From a virus (Duplodnaviria; Caudoviricetes): a stretch of DNA of 64,000 nucleotides. The notes beneath the pieces were generated by a model. It did no database searches, was not told where the DNA came from, and saw nothing but the letters and a program-made list of their open reading frames with translations. This document shows positions 36,370 through 44,864 of this stretch, one piece after another. A program made the translations under genes and the position numbers. Within the stretch, counting starts at the first letter, position 1. Each line of letters begins with the position of its first letter. Location: IMG/VR virus record IMGVR_UViG_3300017569_000126, positions 4,865 to 68,864 of that record; one strand, given 5' to 3'.

Positions 36370-37722
36370 AAAACTTTGCCCAAGTAAAACGGGGTTATAT
36401 GCTGGGAAGTCCTTAGAGCTTTTGGAGCCAAAGTGCAAAAGACCAAAAGATTGGATAATCAGCAGGGAAGCGTAAGCGCCCTCAACGACTATGAGAATAT
36501 CTCAATTATATTTAAGCGATTATATATAATAACCCCCGTAAAGCAAAAGCTGAATGATATAGTCTGGACTTCTATCGAAAGGTAGAGAGCCAAGCAGAAA
36601 TGACTTGGCAACTGCGTTATAAATTACTTGTAGTGGAGGTGGTCTTATAAGTAAAAAGAAAATTACAAAAGAAGTGTTTGTTAATGAAATTAGAAGGCTC
36701 TATAATATATACGGAAATGTTAATGTGCATATTTGGAATGAACATAGTGAAATTGAAGGGAACTTCCAATGTTATTGCCATCGTTTTGGTGGACTCCGTA
36801 ATATAATGAATGAGTTAGGATTACAGCATTTACAATACAATCAGAAGACCAAGGAAGAAATCATTCGCTGCTGTCATATTGCATTAGAAAAAGAGGGCAA
36901 GTTAAGAAGCGAAATACTTGATAAATATGGAGTATCGGGCTGTGTTGTCAAAAGACTGTTTGGCTCATATCAAAATATGTATAAAGAAATTGGATACGAG
37001 AGCGGCTTTCATCGGAATGTTGAATTTAATGATGTAGAACAAGATATACTTAAAGTTACTCGTGAACACAATAGTATATCAAGTCTAACATATAGAAAAT
37101 ACGGTAAATATTCGACTACAATCACTGATAGATTCGGTGGGTGGTGCGCGGTGCTACGCAGAATTGGAATAGAACCAATAGAGCCTAAAGTTGGGAAAGA
37201 AGAAATCGACAAACAAATTTATGATGTAATTAACGAGTATGGGTATTTATCAAATAACTTGATAGAAAATAATTGTTCGTTTTCGTTGCAAGCGCTAATG
37301 TGGTATTACGGAAGCGTTGATAAACTTGCAAAACATTATAATACAGAGTATTATTCCAGTGTTAGAATGAGCAGTGGAGCCAAAACCGTTTATCAAAAGT
37401 TAGTTGATAAGTATGGAGAAGATAATGTTGAAACAGAAAAAACTTGGCCGTGGTTGCGAAATATAACAGGAAAACATTTGTATTGCGATTTTTATATACC
37501 TCAAATCAATACTGCTATAGAGTATGATGGAGAGCAACACTTCAAGTTTGTTCCAACGATACACAAAACGCAAGAGGCATTTGACGCATTAGTAGCAAGA
37601 GATATGTTGAAGAATAAATTGCTACGGGAAAATGGTGTGGCACTTATTAGGATACCATACTCAACAAAAATCGAAAATAGCTTGTTTGATGACTTGTAAA
37701 ATAACGCAGTTTAACAAAATCG
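36370..37722 (+). mobile_element. group I intron in dnaE carrying a homing endonuclease
   Basis: P1 CTTGGGT/GCCCAAG with U-G at the splice site; P3 GGGGTTAT/ATAACCCC; P ATGCTGGGAA; Q AATCAGCAG; R CTCAACGACTAT; S GATATAGTC; terminal G 37722; removal restores KYDILGLRNIGII. Confidence 0.92.
36674..37699 (+). CDS. intron-encoded homing endonuclease: N-terminal repeats plus Vsr/EDxHD-like PD-(D/E)XK domain
   Basis: four repeats of a ..RFG(G/S)W/Y....IG type; C-terminal CDFYIP...AIEYDGEQH...D..KN......LIRIPY. Confidence 0.8.
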   Translation: MFVNEIRRLYNIYGNVNVHIWNEHSEIEGNFQCYCHRFGGLRNIMNELGLQHLQYNQKTKEEIIRCCHIALEKEGKLRSEILDKYGVSGCVVKRLFGSYQNMYKEIGYESGFHRNVEFNDVEQDILKVTREHNSISSLTYRKYGKYSTTITDRFGGWCAVLRRIGIEPIEPKVGKEEIDKQIYDVINEYGYLSNNLIENNCSFSLQALMWYYGSVDKLAKHYNTEYYSSVRMSSGAKTVYQKLVDKYGEDNVETEKTWPWLRNITGKHLYCDFYIPQINTAIEYDGEQHFKFVPTIHKTQEAFDALVARDMLKNKLLRENGVALIRIPYSTKIENSLFDDL

Positions 37723-39248
37723 TAAGAAACATTGGAATTATAAAGAAATGCACGGAATATATTGGAACTCATTTTCCAAAGTCTCATGAGATTGACTGGA
37801 ATGATACAGAGGTTTGGGACAGTATAAAAAAATCTCCAATAGGAATTTTTCAATTTGAAGAAAGTTTTGCCTTTTCCTTGTTAAAGAAATTTGGGACAAA
37901 TTCGATAGAAGATATGTCGCTTGTTACTGCTTGTATTAGACCGTCTGGTGCAAGTTACCGCGATAATTTAATAGCAAGAATCCCGCATAAAAACCCATCT
38001 AAAATTATTGATGATATGCTAAAAGATAATTTGGGTTATCTTGTATATCAAGAAGATACAATTAAATTTTTGCAAGATATTTGTGGATTTAGTGGGAGCG
38101 AAGCGGATACGGTTCGACGCGCAATCGGTCACAAAGATGCGAAAAAATTGCAAGAAGCAATCCCCAAAATCCTTGACGGGTATTGTACGAAATCCGATAA
38201 GTCTCGTGAAATAGCAGAGCAAGAAGCTAAAGAATTTCTACAAATTATTGAAGATAGTTCATCTTATCAGTTTGGCTATAATCACAGTATAGGTTATTGT
38301 TTGCTTGGATATTTGTGCGGATATTATAGGCATTACTATCCATTAGAATTTCTCACGGCTTTTTTTAATTGCTCGAAGACAGAAGAAGATTTCGTCAATG
38401 GAGATATTCTTGCAAACGAATTGAAAATTAAAATTCTTCCACCGCGTTTTCGCCACTCAAAGGCCGAATATTTTTATGATAAGGAATTAAACGCTATTTA
38501 TAAAGGAGTAGGCTCAGTAAAATACCTAAATGGAGCTGTGGCAAATGAGTTGTATAATCTAAAAGATAATGCTTACACAACGTTTGCTGGTTGTCTTATG
38601 GATATTTATCATAAAACAACTATTGACTCTCGACAGTTGGATATTCTTGTAAAATTAGATTATTTTAAGGAATTTGGAACACAGAGAGAACTGCTGCAAA
38701 TTATAAAAGTGTTTAACGAATTTAGGGCTGGCGAAGCCAAACCAGTCAAAAGCATAAAAAAAGACAAGTTTAACAATGATGATATTATGACCGCAATTAT
38801 TTCTCGCCATGCAATAGGAACGACAAAGGCAGGGAAAGAATCAAAAAACTGGACAATAACAAATTTGGACGGTTTGATTGACGAGTGCGAAGCATATTTA
38901 CGTCTTCTTAACTTGCCCGATTTACCAATAAAAGACCAAATTGCAAACCAGTTGAAATACACAGGAAATATTTCAATAGTGACAGGAGCACAAAAAGATA
39001 GACCAAGAATTATAATAATAGATAAACGTATATTAAAATCAAAGGAAAGCAACCAGCCTTGGGCTTGTGCCATAACAGGGCAGTCCATCGGAAGCGGAAA
39101 GCGTTCTGAGTATACAATACCTTATGAATTATACAAACGCCAGCCTTTTAAGAATAGTGAAGATGACATTAGCATTATCCGCATATTAGATTGGTACAAA
39201 AACAAAAAAGGATATTTTTGTATAAAAAAGTACGAACTTGAAATATGA
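37723..39248 (+). CDS. dnaE: DNA polymerase III alpha subunit, exon 2
   Basis: GIFQFE, IRPSGA, GYLVYQE, A...RRAIG, Y.F..NHS.GY, YP.EF..A; spliced CDS is 3225 nt (1074 aa). Confidence 0.92.
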
Positions 39249-39263
39249 AATTTGATAAAAGAC

Positions 39264-39292
39264 TGGACAAATGTCAATATTTGTGGTATAAT
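39264..39292 (+). promoter_or_regulatory. sigmaA-type promoter
   Basis: TGGACA-17 bp-TATAAT, contains ACAAAT-N6-ATTTGT. Confidence 0.7.
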
Positions 39293-39369
39293 ATAACAAA
39301 CAATGCGGGTTTGACCCGCTTACATAGCCTGAAAAGGCATATAAAAATAACATAACAACGTAAATAAAA

Positions 39370-39639
39370 ATGTCACAAAAGGAGAATTTTGTAATGTACG
39401 GGTCTGAACTCGTTGGCAAGCACGTTAAGATTGACGTAGATGGAATTATGGCGCGAAAAGGGTGTTCAAAAAAGTTTGTAAAATTTCTAAAGAAAAATAA
39501 AAACACCATTTTCACTGTTGTTGATTCCGACATTAAAACTAAAATCACAGGAATTATTTATCAAGTGCAATTTCAAGACACTGGCGAAGTCCCAATTTGG
39601 CTATTCTATGAAGGCGATTTGGTTGAGGTGGAAGAATGA
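39370..39639 (+). CDS. hypothetical protein
   Basis: ORF after promoter, tiling. Confidence 0.65.
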   Translation: MSQKENFVMYGSELVGKHVKIDVDGIMARKGCSKKFVKFLKKNKNTIFTVVDSDIKTKITGIIYQVQFQDTGEVPIWLFYEGDLVEVEE

Positions 39640-40238
39640 CTGACAAAGCGGTTATAATTATAAACGGCTATCCTCGGTCTGGAAAAGATACGTTTGTTTC
39701 GTATTGTGCGGAGTGCAATGCCGCAAAAGTCAATAAGATACGAGTTAATAATCTTTCTACGATTGACTTTATAAAGAACGTTGCGGAGCAATTAGGGTGG
39801 AATGGAGAAAAAAATCCTAAAAGCCGAAAGTTTCTGTCTGATTTGAAGAAATTGTCTGCCGATTTCAATGACTTCCCTTGCCAACATACAGTAGACTCTA
39901 TTGTTAGTTGTGATGATTACGAACGTTCAGAGGGCTTGGATGATTCGCCAAATTGGTGGTTTATAAATTGTAGGGAGCCAGAAGAAATTGGAAAGCTTGT
40001 CGATGATTTTACGGCTCTTTGCTATCCCGTAAAAACTGTGTTTATAGAACGAAACGACCATGAAACACCAAATTGCGATAGTGACAGCAGGGTAAAAGAA
40101 TTTGGCTACAATTATATTATTGAGAACAACAAAGATTTGTATACGCTGAAAGATAGCGCAGAAACATTTATGGAAAATATGCTTGAAGACGTTAGAAAAT
40201 TTTACAGAAGTGAGGACATTAAAAGTGAAAGGGATTAA
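39636..40238 (+). CDS. P-loop deoxynucleotide-kinase-like protein
   Basis: IINGYPRSGKDT, D.IK..A..LGW, R.FL..LK, CREP.E. Confidence 0.75.
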   Translation: MTDKAVIIINGYPRSGKDTFVSYCAECNAAKVNKIRVNNLSTIDFIKNVAEQLGWNGEKNPKSRKFLSDLKKLSADFNDFPCQHTVDSIVSCDDYERSEGLDDSPNWWFINCREPEEIGKLVDDFTALCYPVKTVFIERNDHETPNCDSDSRVKEFGYNYIIENNKDLYTLKDSAETFMENMLEDVRKFYRSEDIKSERD

Positions 40239-40731
40239 GTTTGAAAAGGTTCCGTTTGAACAGTTTTACAATGATTTGAAAAGATGTTTTCCAGACACAG
40301 AGTTTAATAGCGAAGAAGTGAAAGTTGTTTACGACAGTATTGAATTACCGAAACGCTCCACGGTTGGCTCTGCTGGGTATGATTTCCACACTCCGATTGG
40401 CTTTGAACTTAGCGGGAGCGCGAGTATCAGTTTTCCTACGGGAATCAGATGTAAAATGCCAGATGATGTAGTGCTAATGCTTTATCCTCGTTCTGGTCTT
40501 GGAACTAAATATAGCATGAGATTGGCAAACACTACGGGAGTGATTGATTCATCGTATTATGGTGCTGACAACTACGGTCATATCATGGCAACGATTGAAA
40601 TTCCCAAAGGAAATATGAAAATTTGCACTGGTGATAGATTCATGCAAGGCGTTTTTGTAAATTATCTTACAACGGAAGATGATGAAGTGACTGAAAAGCG
40701 TACTGGTGGTTTTGGAAGTACGGGGGCGTAA
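40183..40731 (+). CDS. dut: trimeric dUTPase
   Basis: SAGYD, PTG, RSGLG, GVIDSSY.G, QGVF, RTGGFGSTG. Confidence 0.95.
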   Translation: MKTLENFTEVRTLKVKGIKFEKVPFEQFYNDLKRCFPDTEFNSEEVKVVYDSIELPKRSTVGSAGYDFHTPIGFELSGSASISFPTGIRCKMPDDVVLMLYPRSGLGTKYSMRLANTTGVIDSSYYGADNYGHIMATIEIPKGNMKICTGDRFMQGVFVNYLTTEDDEVTEKRTGGFGSTGA

Positions 40732-40732
40732 T

Positions 40733-41143
40733 ATGAATCAAATCACGCAAGAACAGGTGGATAAAATTTATGATGAGGCAATCAAACAAACGTTTGATGT
40801 GTTTGGAAAATGCCTTATCATGGCTTGCAAATTGAGCAATGGCTTTGTAATCGTTGAATCTTCTGCTTGTGTTGACCCTCAAAATTTTTCTTTTGATATT
40901 GGAAGAAGAATTTGCGAAGAACGCATTAAAAATAAAATCTGGGAACTTGAAGGATATGCTTTGCAGAAATTAGGAGAAAGCAATAGTGCGGAAAAAGCTC
41001 CTGATATTCCAATGACGGAAGGACAGAAAAAAATGTCTGAGGAACTTGCCGAGTATTTTGGGAAAGCAATAGAAAAATACGCGAACGACAAAGGTATGGC
41101 TATTAGTGATGTCGAAGAAGTTTTTAAGACCATTGGAGAATGA
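40733..41143 (+). CDS. phage N4 Gp49/Sf6 gp66-family protein
   Basis: C.L.NGF.I..SSACVDP.NF...IG..IC.E...NKIWELEGY.L. Confidence 0.8.
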   Translation: MNQITQEQVDKIYDEAIKQTFDVFGKCLIMACKLSNGFVIVESSACVDPQNFSFDIGRRICEERIKNKIWELEGYALQKLGESNSAEKAPDIPMTEGQKKMSEELAEYFGKAIEKYANDKGMAISDVEEVFKTIGE

Positions 41144-41760
41144 ATATGTCTAAAAAATTATATATTAGTGATTTGCATTTTGGTCACGAAAATATTATAA
41201 AATTCGATGGTAGACCATTCAAAAATGTAGAGGAAATGGAAGACGCTCTTGTAGAACGATGGAACTCTGTTGTTGGCAATGGCGATACGGTTTATATCTT
41301 AGGAGATTTTTGCTGGTCTGCTAAAACATCAGAGTGGGTTAGACTATGTAATAGATTAAAGGGTTCCAAACAACTTATACTCGGAAATCACGATGTGCCA
41401 CGTTTAAGAGAAGAAGCAAGAAATAAATTCACCGATATTAAGGATTTCAAGGAAATCATGGATGGGAGCAAAACGGTAATTATGTCTCATTATCCGATGC
41501 CATTTTATCGCCATGATTATTCCAAAAACGTATATATGTTGTACGGCCACGTTCATTGCACAAAAGAAGATGACGCAATGAACTCAATCAAAGAAAGTCT
41601 TTGGCGAGTTTATGACGAGTCAAAAGTATGTAACCGAGGCAACCTAATTAACGTTGGTTGTATGAAATATTATATGGACTATACTCCAAGAACATTGGAT
41701 TATCTAATTAAAGTTTTGGAAAAGGAAAGGAAAACCTATCTTGAAGCTGTTGGGGAATAA
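41140..41760 (+). CDS. calcineurin-like metallophosphoesterase
   Basis: ISDLHFGH, ILGDF, GNHD, HYP, GHVH. Confidence 0.9.
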   Translation: MNMSKKLYISDLHFGHENIIKFDGRPFKNVEEMEDALVERWNSVVGNGDTVYILGDFCWSAKTSEWVRLCNRLKGSKQLILGNHDVPRLREEARNKFTDIKDFKEIMDGSKTVIMSHYPMPFYRHDYSKNVYMLYGHVHCTKEDDAMNSIKESLWRVYDESKVCNRGNLINVGCMKYYMDYTPRTLDYLIKVLEKERKTYLEAVGE

Positions 41761-42403
41761 TTGGGATGATTTTCTGCAACCTGAAAGTCAAAAGCCGTAT
41801 TATCAAGAATTAAAAAGTTTTGTGACGACGGAATATAAAACGGAAACAGTGTATCCAGCAGCCAATAATGTATTTAAGGCTTTTGAACTTACTCCACCTG
41901 AATGTATTAAGGTTGTTATTGTTGGACAAGATGCTTATATCAATGAAAATCAAGCAACCGGATTAGCTTTTGCTGTTCCGAATTGGGTTCCAGCACCTCC
42001 TTCTCTTAGAAATATTAAGAAGGAACTTGATGGCGAGAATGTATACCGCGAAAAATGGTCGGACGATTTGGTAAATTGGGCTAAAAATGGTGTATTCCTC
42101 CTAAATAGAACTCTTACCGTTAGAGCAGGGCAAAGTCTATCACACTACGGTCACGGCTGGGAAGTTTTTACCTTAGATACAATTAGATATATCGAAAAAA
42201 ATTGCAAACAACCCATTGTTTATATGTTGTGGGGTAATAACGCGAGAGAAATTAAGTCGGAGATAAAACAAAAGAATAGACTTATCTTGGAATCGGCACA
42301 TCCTTCTCCGTTGTCTGCAAATCGCGGTTTCTTTGGAAACAAGCATTTTGAAAAAGCTAATCAGTTTTTGACACTAAACGATGTAAAACCTATTTATTGG
42401 TGA
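41741..42403 (+). CDS. ung: uracil-DNA glycosylase, family 1
   Basis: KVVIVGQDAY, A.GLAF, PPSL.NI.KEL, GVFLLN..LTV, MLWG..A, HPSPLS. Confidence 0.92.
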   Translation: MKLLGNNWDDFLQPESQKPYYQELKSFVTTEYKTETVYPAANNVFKAFELTPPECIKVVIVGQDAYINENQATGLAFAVPNWVPAPPSLRNIKKELDGENVYREKWSDDLVNWAKNGVFLLNRTLTVRAGQSLSHYGHGWEVFTLDTIRYIEKNCKQPIVYMLWGNNAREIKSEIKQKNRLILESAHPSPLSANRGFFGNKHFEKANQFLTLNDVKPIYW

Positions 42404-42412
42404 GATGACAAA

Positions 42413-42613
42413 ATGAAGAAGTATATTGAACTTAATACAGAAGATTTGAAAAAGTTAATAGCAAAGGAATATAAAGTGCCAGTAGATGTTGTGAGTCTTA
42501 AAACCTATTATATAAATCAATATGATGTGGGACACGGAGCTATCATTCATGTAAGTTTGATTCCAAAAGTTTCTAAAGGGGTCGGTAACGATGAAAATGG
42601 TTTGTATACTTAA
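42413..42613 (+). CDS. small hypothetical protein
   Basis: shares an EL...DLK.II...Y.V motif with the next ORF. Confidence 0.6.
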   Translation: MKKYIELNTEDLKKLIAKEYKVPVDVVSLKTYYINQYDVGHGAIIHVSLIPKVSKGVGNDENGLYT

Positions 42614-42914
42614 TGAAAGAGAGATACAAGAGGCCATTGCAAAAAAATATCGCGTTATGTGGGAGGATGTAATCCTATATAACGGAGATACCTCTCCGAT
42701 TAAATGTATTATAAATAGAACGAAGGTGTCTATTATGAGAAAGTGGATTGAACTTGAAGAAAAAGACTTGAAAGAGATTATATCCGCTGCTTATGGAGTT
42801 TCTAAAAACGCCATCAGCTTTGGAAGGGTGACAAACGATAGGGATGGAGTTGATTTTAATTGCACCATTGAAATAAATAACCTCGAAGGCTTTGACCCGC
42901 CTCGGTTGACATAG
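42591..42914 (+). CDS. small hypothetical protein, two tandem copies of the same motif
   Basis: LNEREIQEAIAKKYRV and LEEKDLKEIISAAYGV. Confidence 0.6.
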   Translation: MKMVCILNEREIQEAIAKKYRVMWEDVILYNGDTSPIKCIINRTKVSIMRKWIELEEKDLKEIISAAYGVSKNAISFGRVTNDRDGVDFNCTIEINNLEGFDPPRLT

Positions 42915-42935
42915 AGGTGGAAAGGAGTGAATTAA

Positions 42936-43244
42936 ATGGAACCAACAGAACGTGAATGGAAAGAACTTGTCCAACAGCTAAAACAAATAAACAAAACGCT
43001 TAGTAGCCTCGAAGAAGACATACACATAGACATAGACGATGGCAGCGATGAGCATTATCTTAATACATTGCTTGATTGTGAAAATTGTGGTGCGTCACCA
43101 ATTTTAGAAAAAGCGATTGATACAGATGGCAATATGCTTTATGCTTTTAGGTGTTCTTGCAAAACTACGCTTTTTGTGAGCAAAATAAAAGATGCTGCTA
43201 ATTGCCGGGCATATGATAAGAAACTTAGAAAGCTGTGTGATTAA
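42936..43244 (+). CDS. Lar-like zinc-ribbon protein
   Basis: LL.CENCG.SP...C.C. Confidence 0.55.
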   Translation: MEPTEREWKELVQQLKQINKTLSSLEEDIHIDIDDGSDEHYLNTLLDCENCGASPILEKAIDTDGNMLYAFRCSCKTTLFVSKIKDAANCRAYDKKLRKLCD

Positions 43245-43703
43245 ATGAGCAAGATTACAAGAAGAAACTTTATTATTGGAGCGGGTATTGCTGGTTTGAG
43301 TGTTTTAACATCTCCCATTGCAAACGCAGAAACAACCGCAAATGAAGACATAACCATATGTTCAGCTTTAGGACATAGAATTATATATTTATCAAAAGAA
43401 GATTACTGCTTTTGTGAAGACCCATCCGATTTTTTAATATATAATTTTGATAGCATCGAGAAGATTACGAGGTTGATAGGAGATTGGACACAAATAGTCG
43501 AATTGAAAGATGCACTTACGAATGAACATTATCGCCTAAACTCAATAGATATGTGGCTTTGGTATGTAAGAGATTATGATAGTCTAATATATAGACTTTC
43601 TAATGGAACAGAAATAGAATATCACGGGAATGAGGTAAGATATGGCAATGAACGGAATTATATCGAACGGCTCAATGAAACTTGCGAAAATTTCATTGAA
43701 TAA
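43245..43703 (+). CDS. protein with twin-arginine (Tat) signal peptide
   Basis: MSKITRRNFIIGAGIAGLSVLTSPIANA-E: RRxF motif, h-region, AxA cleavage site. Confidence 0.7.
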   Translation: MSKITRRNFIIGAGIAGLSVLTSPIANAETTANEDITICSALGHRIIYLSKEDYCFCEDPSDFLIYNFDSIEKITRLIGDWTQIVELKDALTNEHYRLNSIDMWLWYVRDYDSLIYRLSNGTEIEYHGNEVRYGNERNYIERLNETCENFIE

Positions 43704-43742
43704 CCATTTATTCTAAAGAAAAAGAGAAAAGGAGTAAATATT

Positions 43743-44387
43743 ATGTTTAATTGTACAGAACTTTTACAAGCTATTAAATTGGATGAAAGTAGCGCACAGG
43801 AATTTATTGATGTGCTAACTAATGCCATTGAAAAGATGGGGACAGGATATAACACGAGAACCATTGATGACGGTGTAGAAGTATACATGGTGGTTTCGGC
43901 TGGAAGTGGTTCAAAAGAAATTACCGTAAAGATGTATTATTATGGAAGCATTTGTGTAATTTCGGCAATGGAGGTAAATCTTCCAATGAGTTTTACCGAA
44001 GATGAATTTAACGAACATTTCCAGTGTGAGTGTGGCAGTCCCTACTGCAATGTTCCTGACGCGCAAGTAAAGTTGTCGAGCAGTTGCAGTGGTAATAATT
44101 GTAAGTGCTGTTCTACTACAACATCCAGTAGTAATTTTTCGTCATCAAGTAGTAGCAGTTCGTCTACCGATACAAGTAGTGGCGATACTTCTACTAACAC
44201 CGACACAGACACGGGAGATAGCTCTGATACTAAGGATGACGGTGATACTACTACAGATACTGAGACTGATAACAGTAGTACGGAAACCGATAGCGGCACT
44301 TCAACTGAAACAGATGTAAATACAGACACAGGCGAAACCACAGAAGATACAAAAGTAGAGAACAATACAGATGACGAAACGACGTAA
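43743..44387 (+). CDS. hypothetical protein with Cys cluster and long Ser/Thr/Asp-rich tail
   Basis: CECGSPYC...C.CC then ~85 aa S/T/D/E low-complexity region. Confidence 0.7.
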   Translation: MFNCTELLQAIKLDESSAQEFIDVLTNAIEKMGTGYNTRTIDDGVEVYMVVSAGSGSKEITVKMYYYGSICVISAMEVNLPMSFTEDEFNEHFQCECGSPYCNVPDAQVKLSSSCSGNNCKCCSTTTSSSNFSSSSSSSSSTDTSSGDTSTNTDTDTGDSSDTKDDGDTTTDTETDNSSTETDSGTSTETDVNTDTGETTEDTKVENNTDDETT

Positions 44388-44403
44388 TTGAAGGTACTAA
44401 AAC

Positions 44404-44763
44404 ATGAATAAAGAAGACGTTATGGCGGTTAGACGTAAAAGACCTGAAAATACAGACGATGCTTATATTATAACGGAAAGAAATTTTCTCGAAGCATTGC
44501 CACTTCTTATCCCACAACTGATGAATGATGAGGACTGTGAATTTAAGGTCAAGCGAAAAACCAAACATGGAGAAGTACCTTGTTTCTTTGAGGTAACTGT
44601 TTATAATCGTTATGGTGCAAAAGAGTCTACCGAGAATCCACAAGTGTTTAGAGTGGGGCACGATATTGTTTGGGTTAGAAGCCCTGAGTGCTCAAATCCG
44701 AATGGTATGTTTTACTTGCCCAAAGGGGAATTTGAACGCCAGTATGATGTGATTGAAAAATAA
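44404..44763 (+). CDS. hypothetical phage protein
   Basis: RKRP N-terminus and G.FYLPK.EFE.QY C-terminus resemble small phage proteins. Confidence 0.65.
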   Translation: MNKEDVMAVRRKRPENTDDAYIITERNFLEALPLLIPQLMNDEDCEFKVKRKTKHGEVPCFFEVTVYNRYGAKESTENPQVFRVGHDIVWVRSPECSNPNGMFYLPKGEFERQYDVIEK

Positions 44764-44776
44764 TAAATTGTGAATT

Positions 44777-44820
44777 AGCAGCGGATAACACTTGACTTAT
44801 CCGCTGCTTTATGTTATAAT
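44777..44820 (+). promoter_or_regulatory. promoter whose -35 lies inside a 12-bp perfect inverted repeat
   Basis: AGCAGCGGATAA-N8-TTATCCGCTGCT; TTGACT 44792, TATAAT 44815. Confidence 0.75.
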
Positions 44821-44864
44821 AAAGACGAAGTAAAAGATAAAACAATAAGAAGGGTGATACAAGA

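Noticed and set aside
37632-37722. N-terminal extension of the track ORF 37632..39248
   Set aside because: These codons lie inside the intron and overlap the endonuclease 3' end; true exon 2 starts at 37723.
34671-39248. Split intein or frameshift in dnaE
   Set aside because: No intein terminal motifs; group I core elements and an exact in-frame splice junction account for the interruption.
44404-44763. Tad2-like Thoeris sponge
   Set aside because: Only a vague resemblance at the C-terminus; the characteristic family motifs were not recognised.
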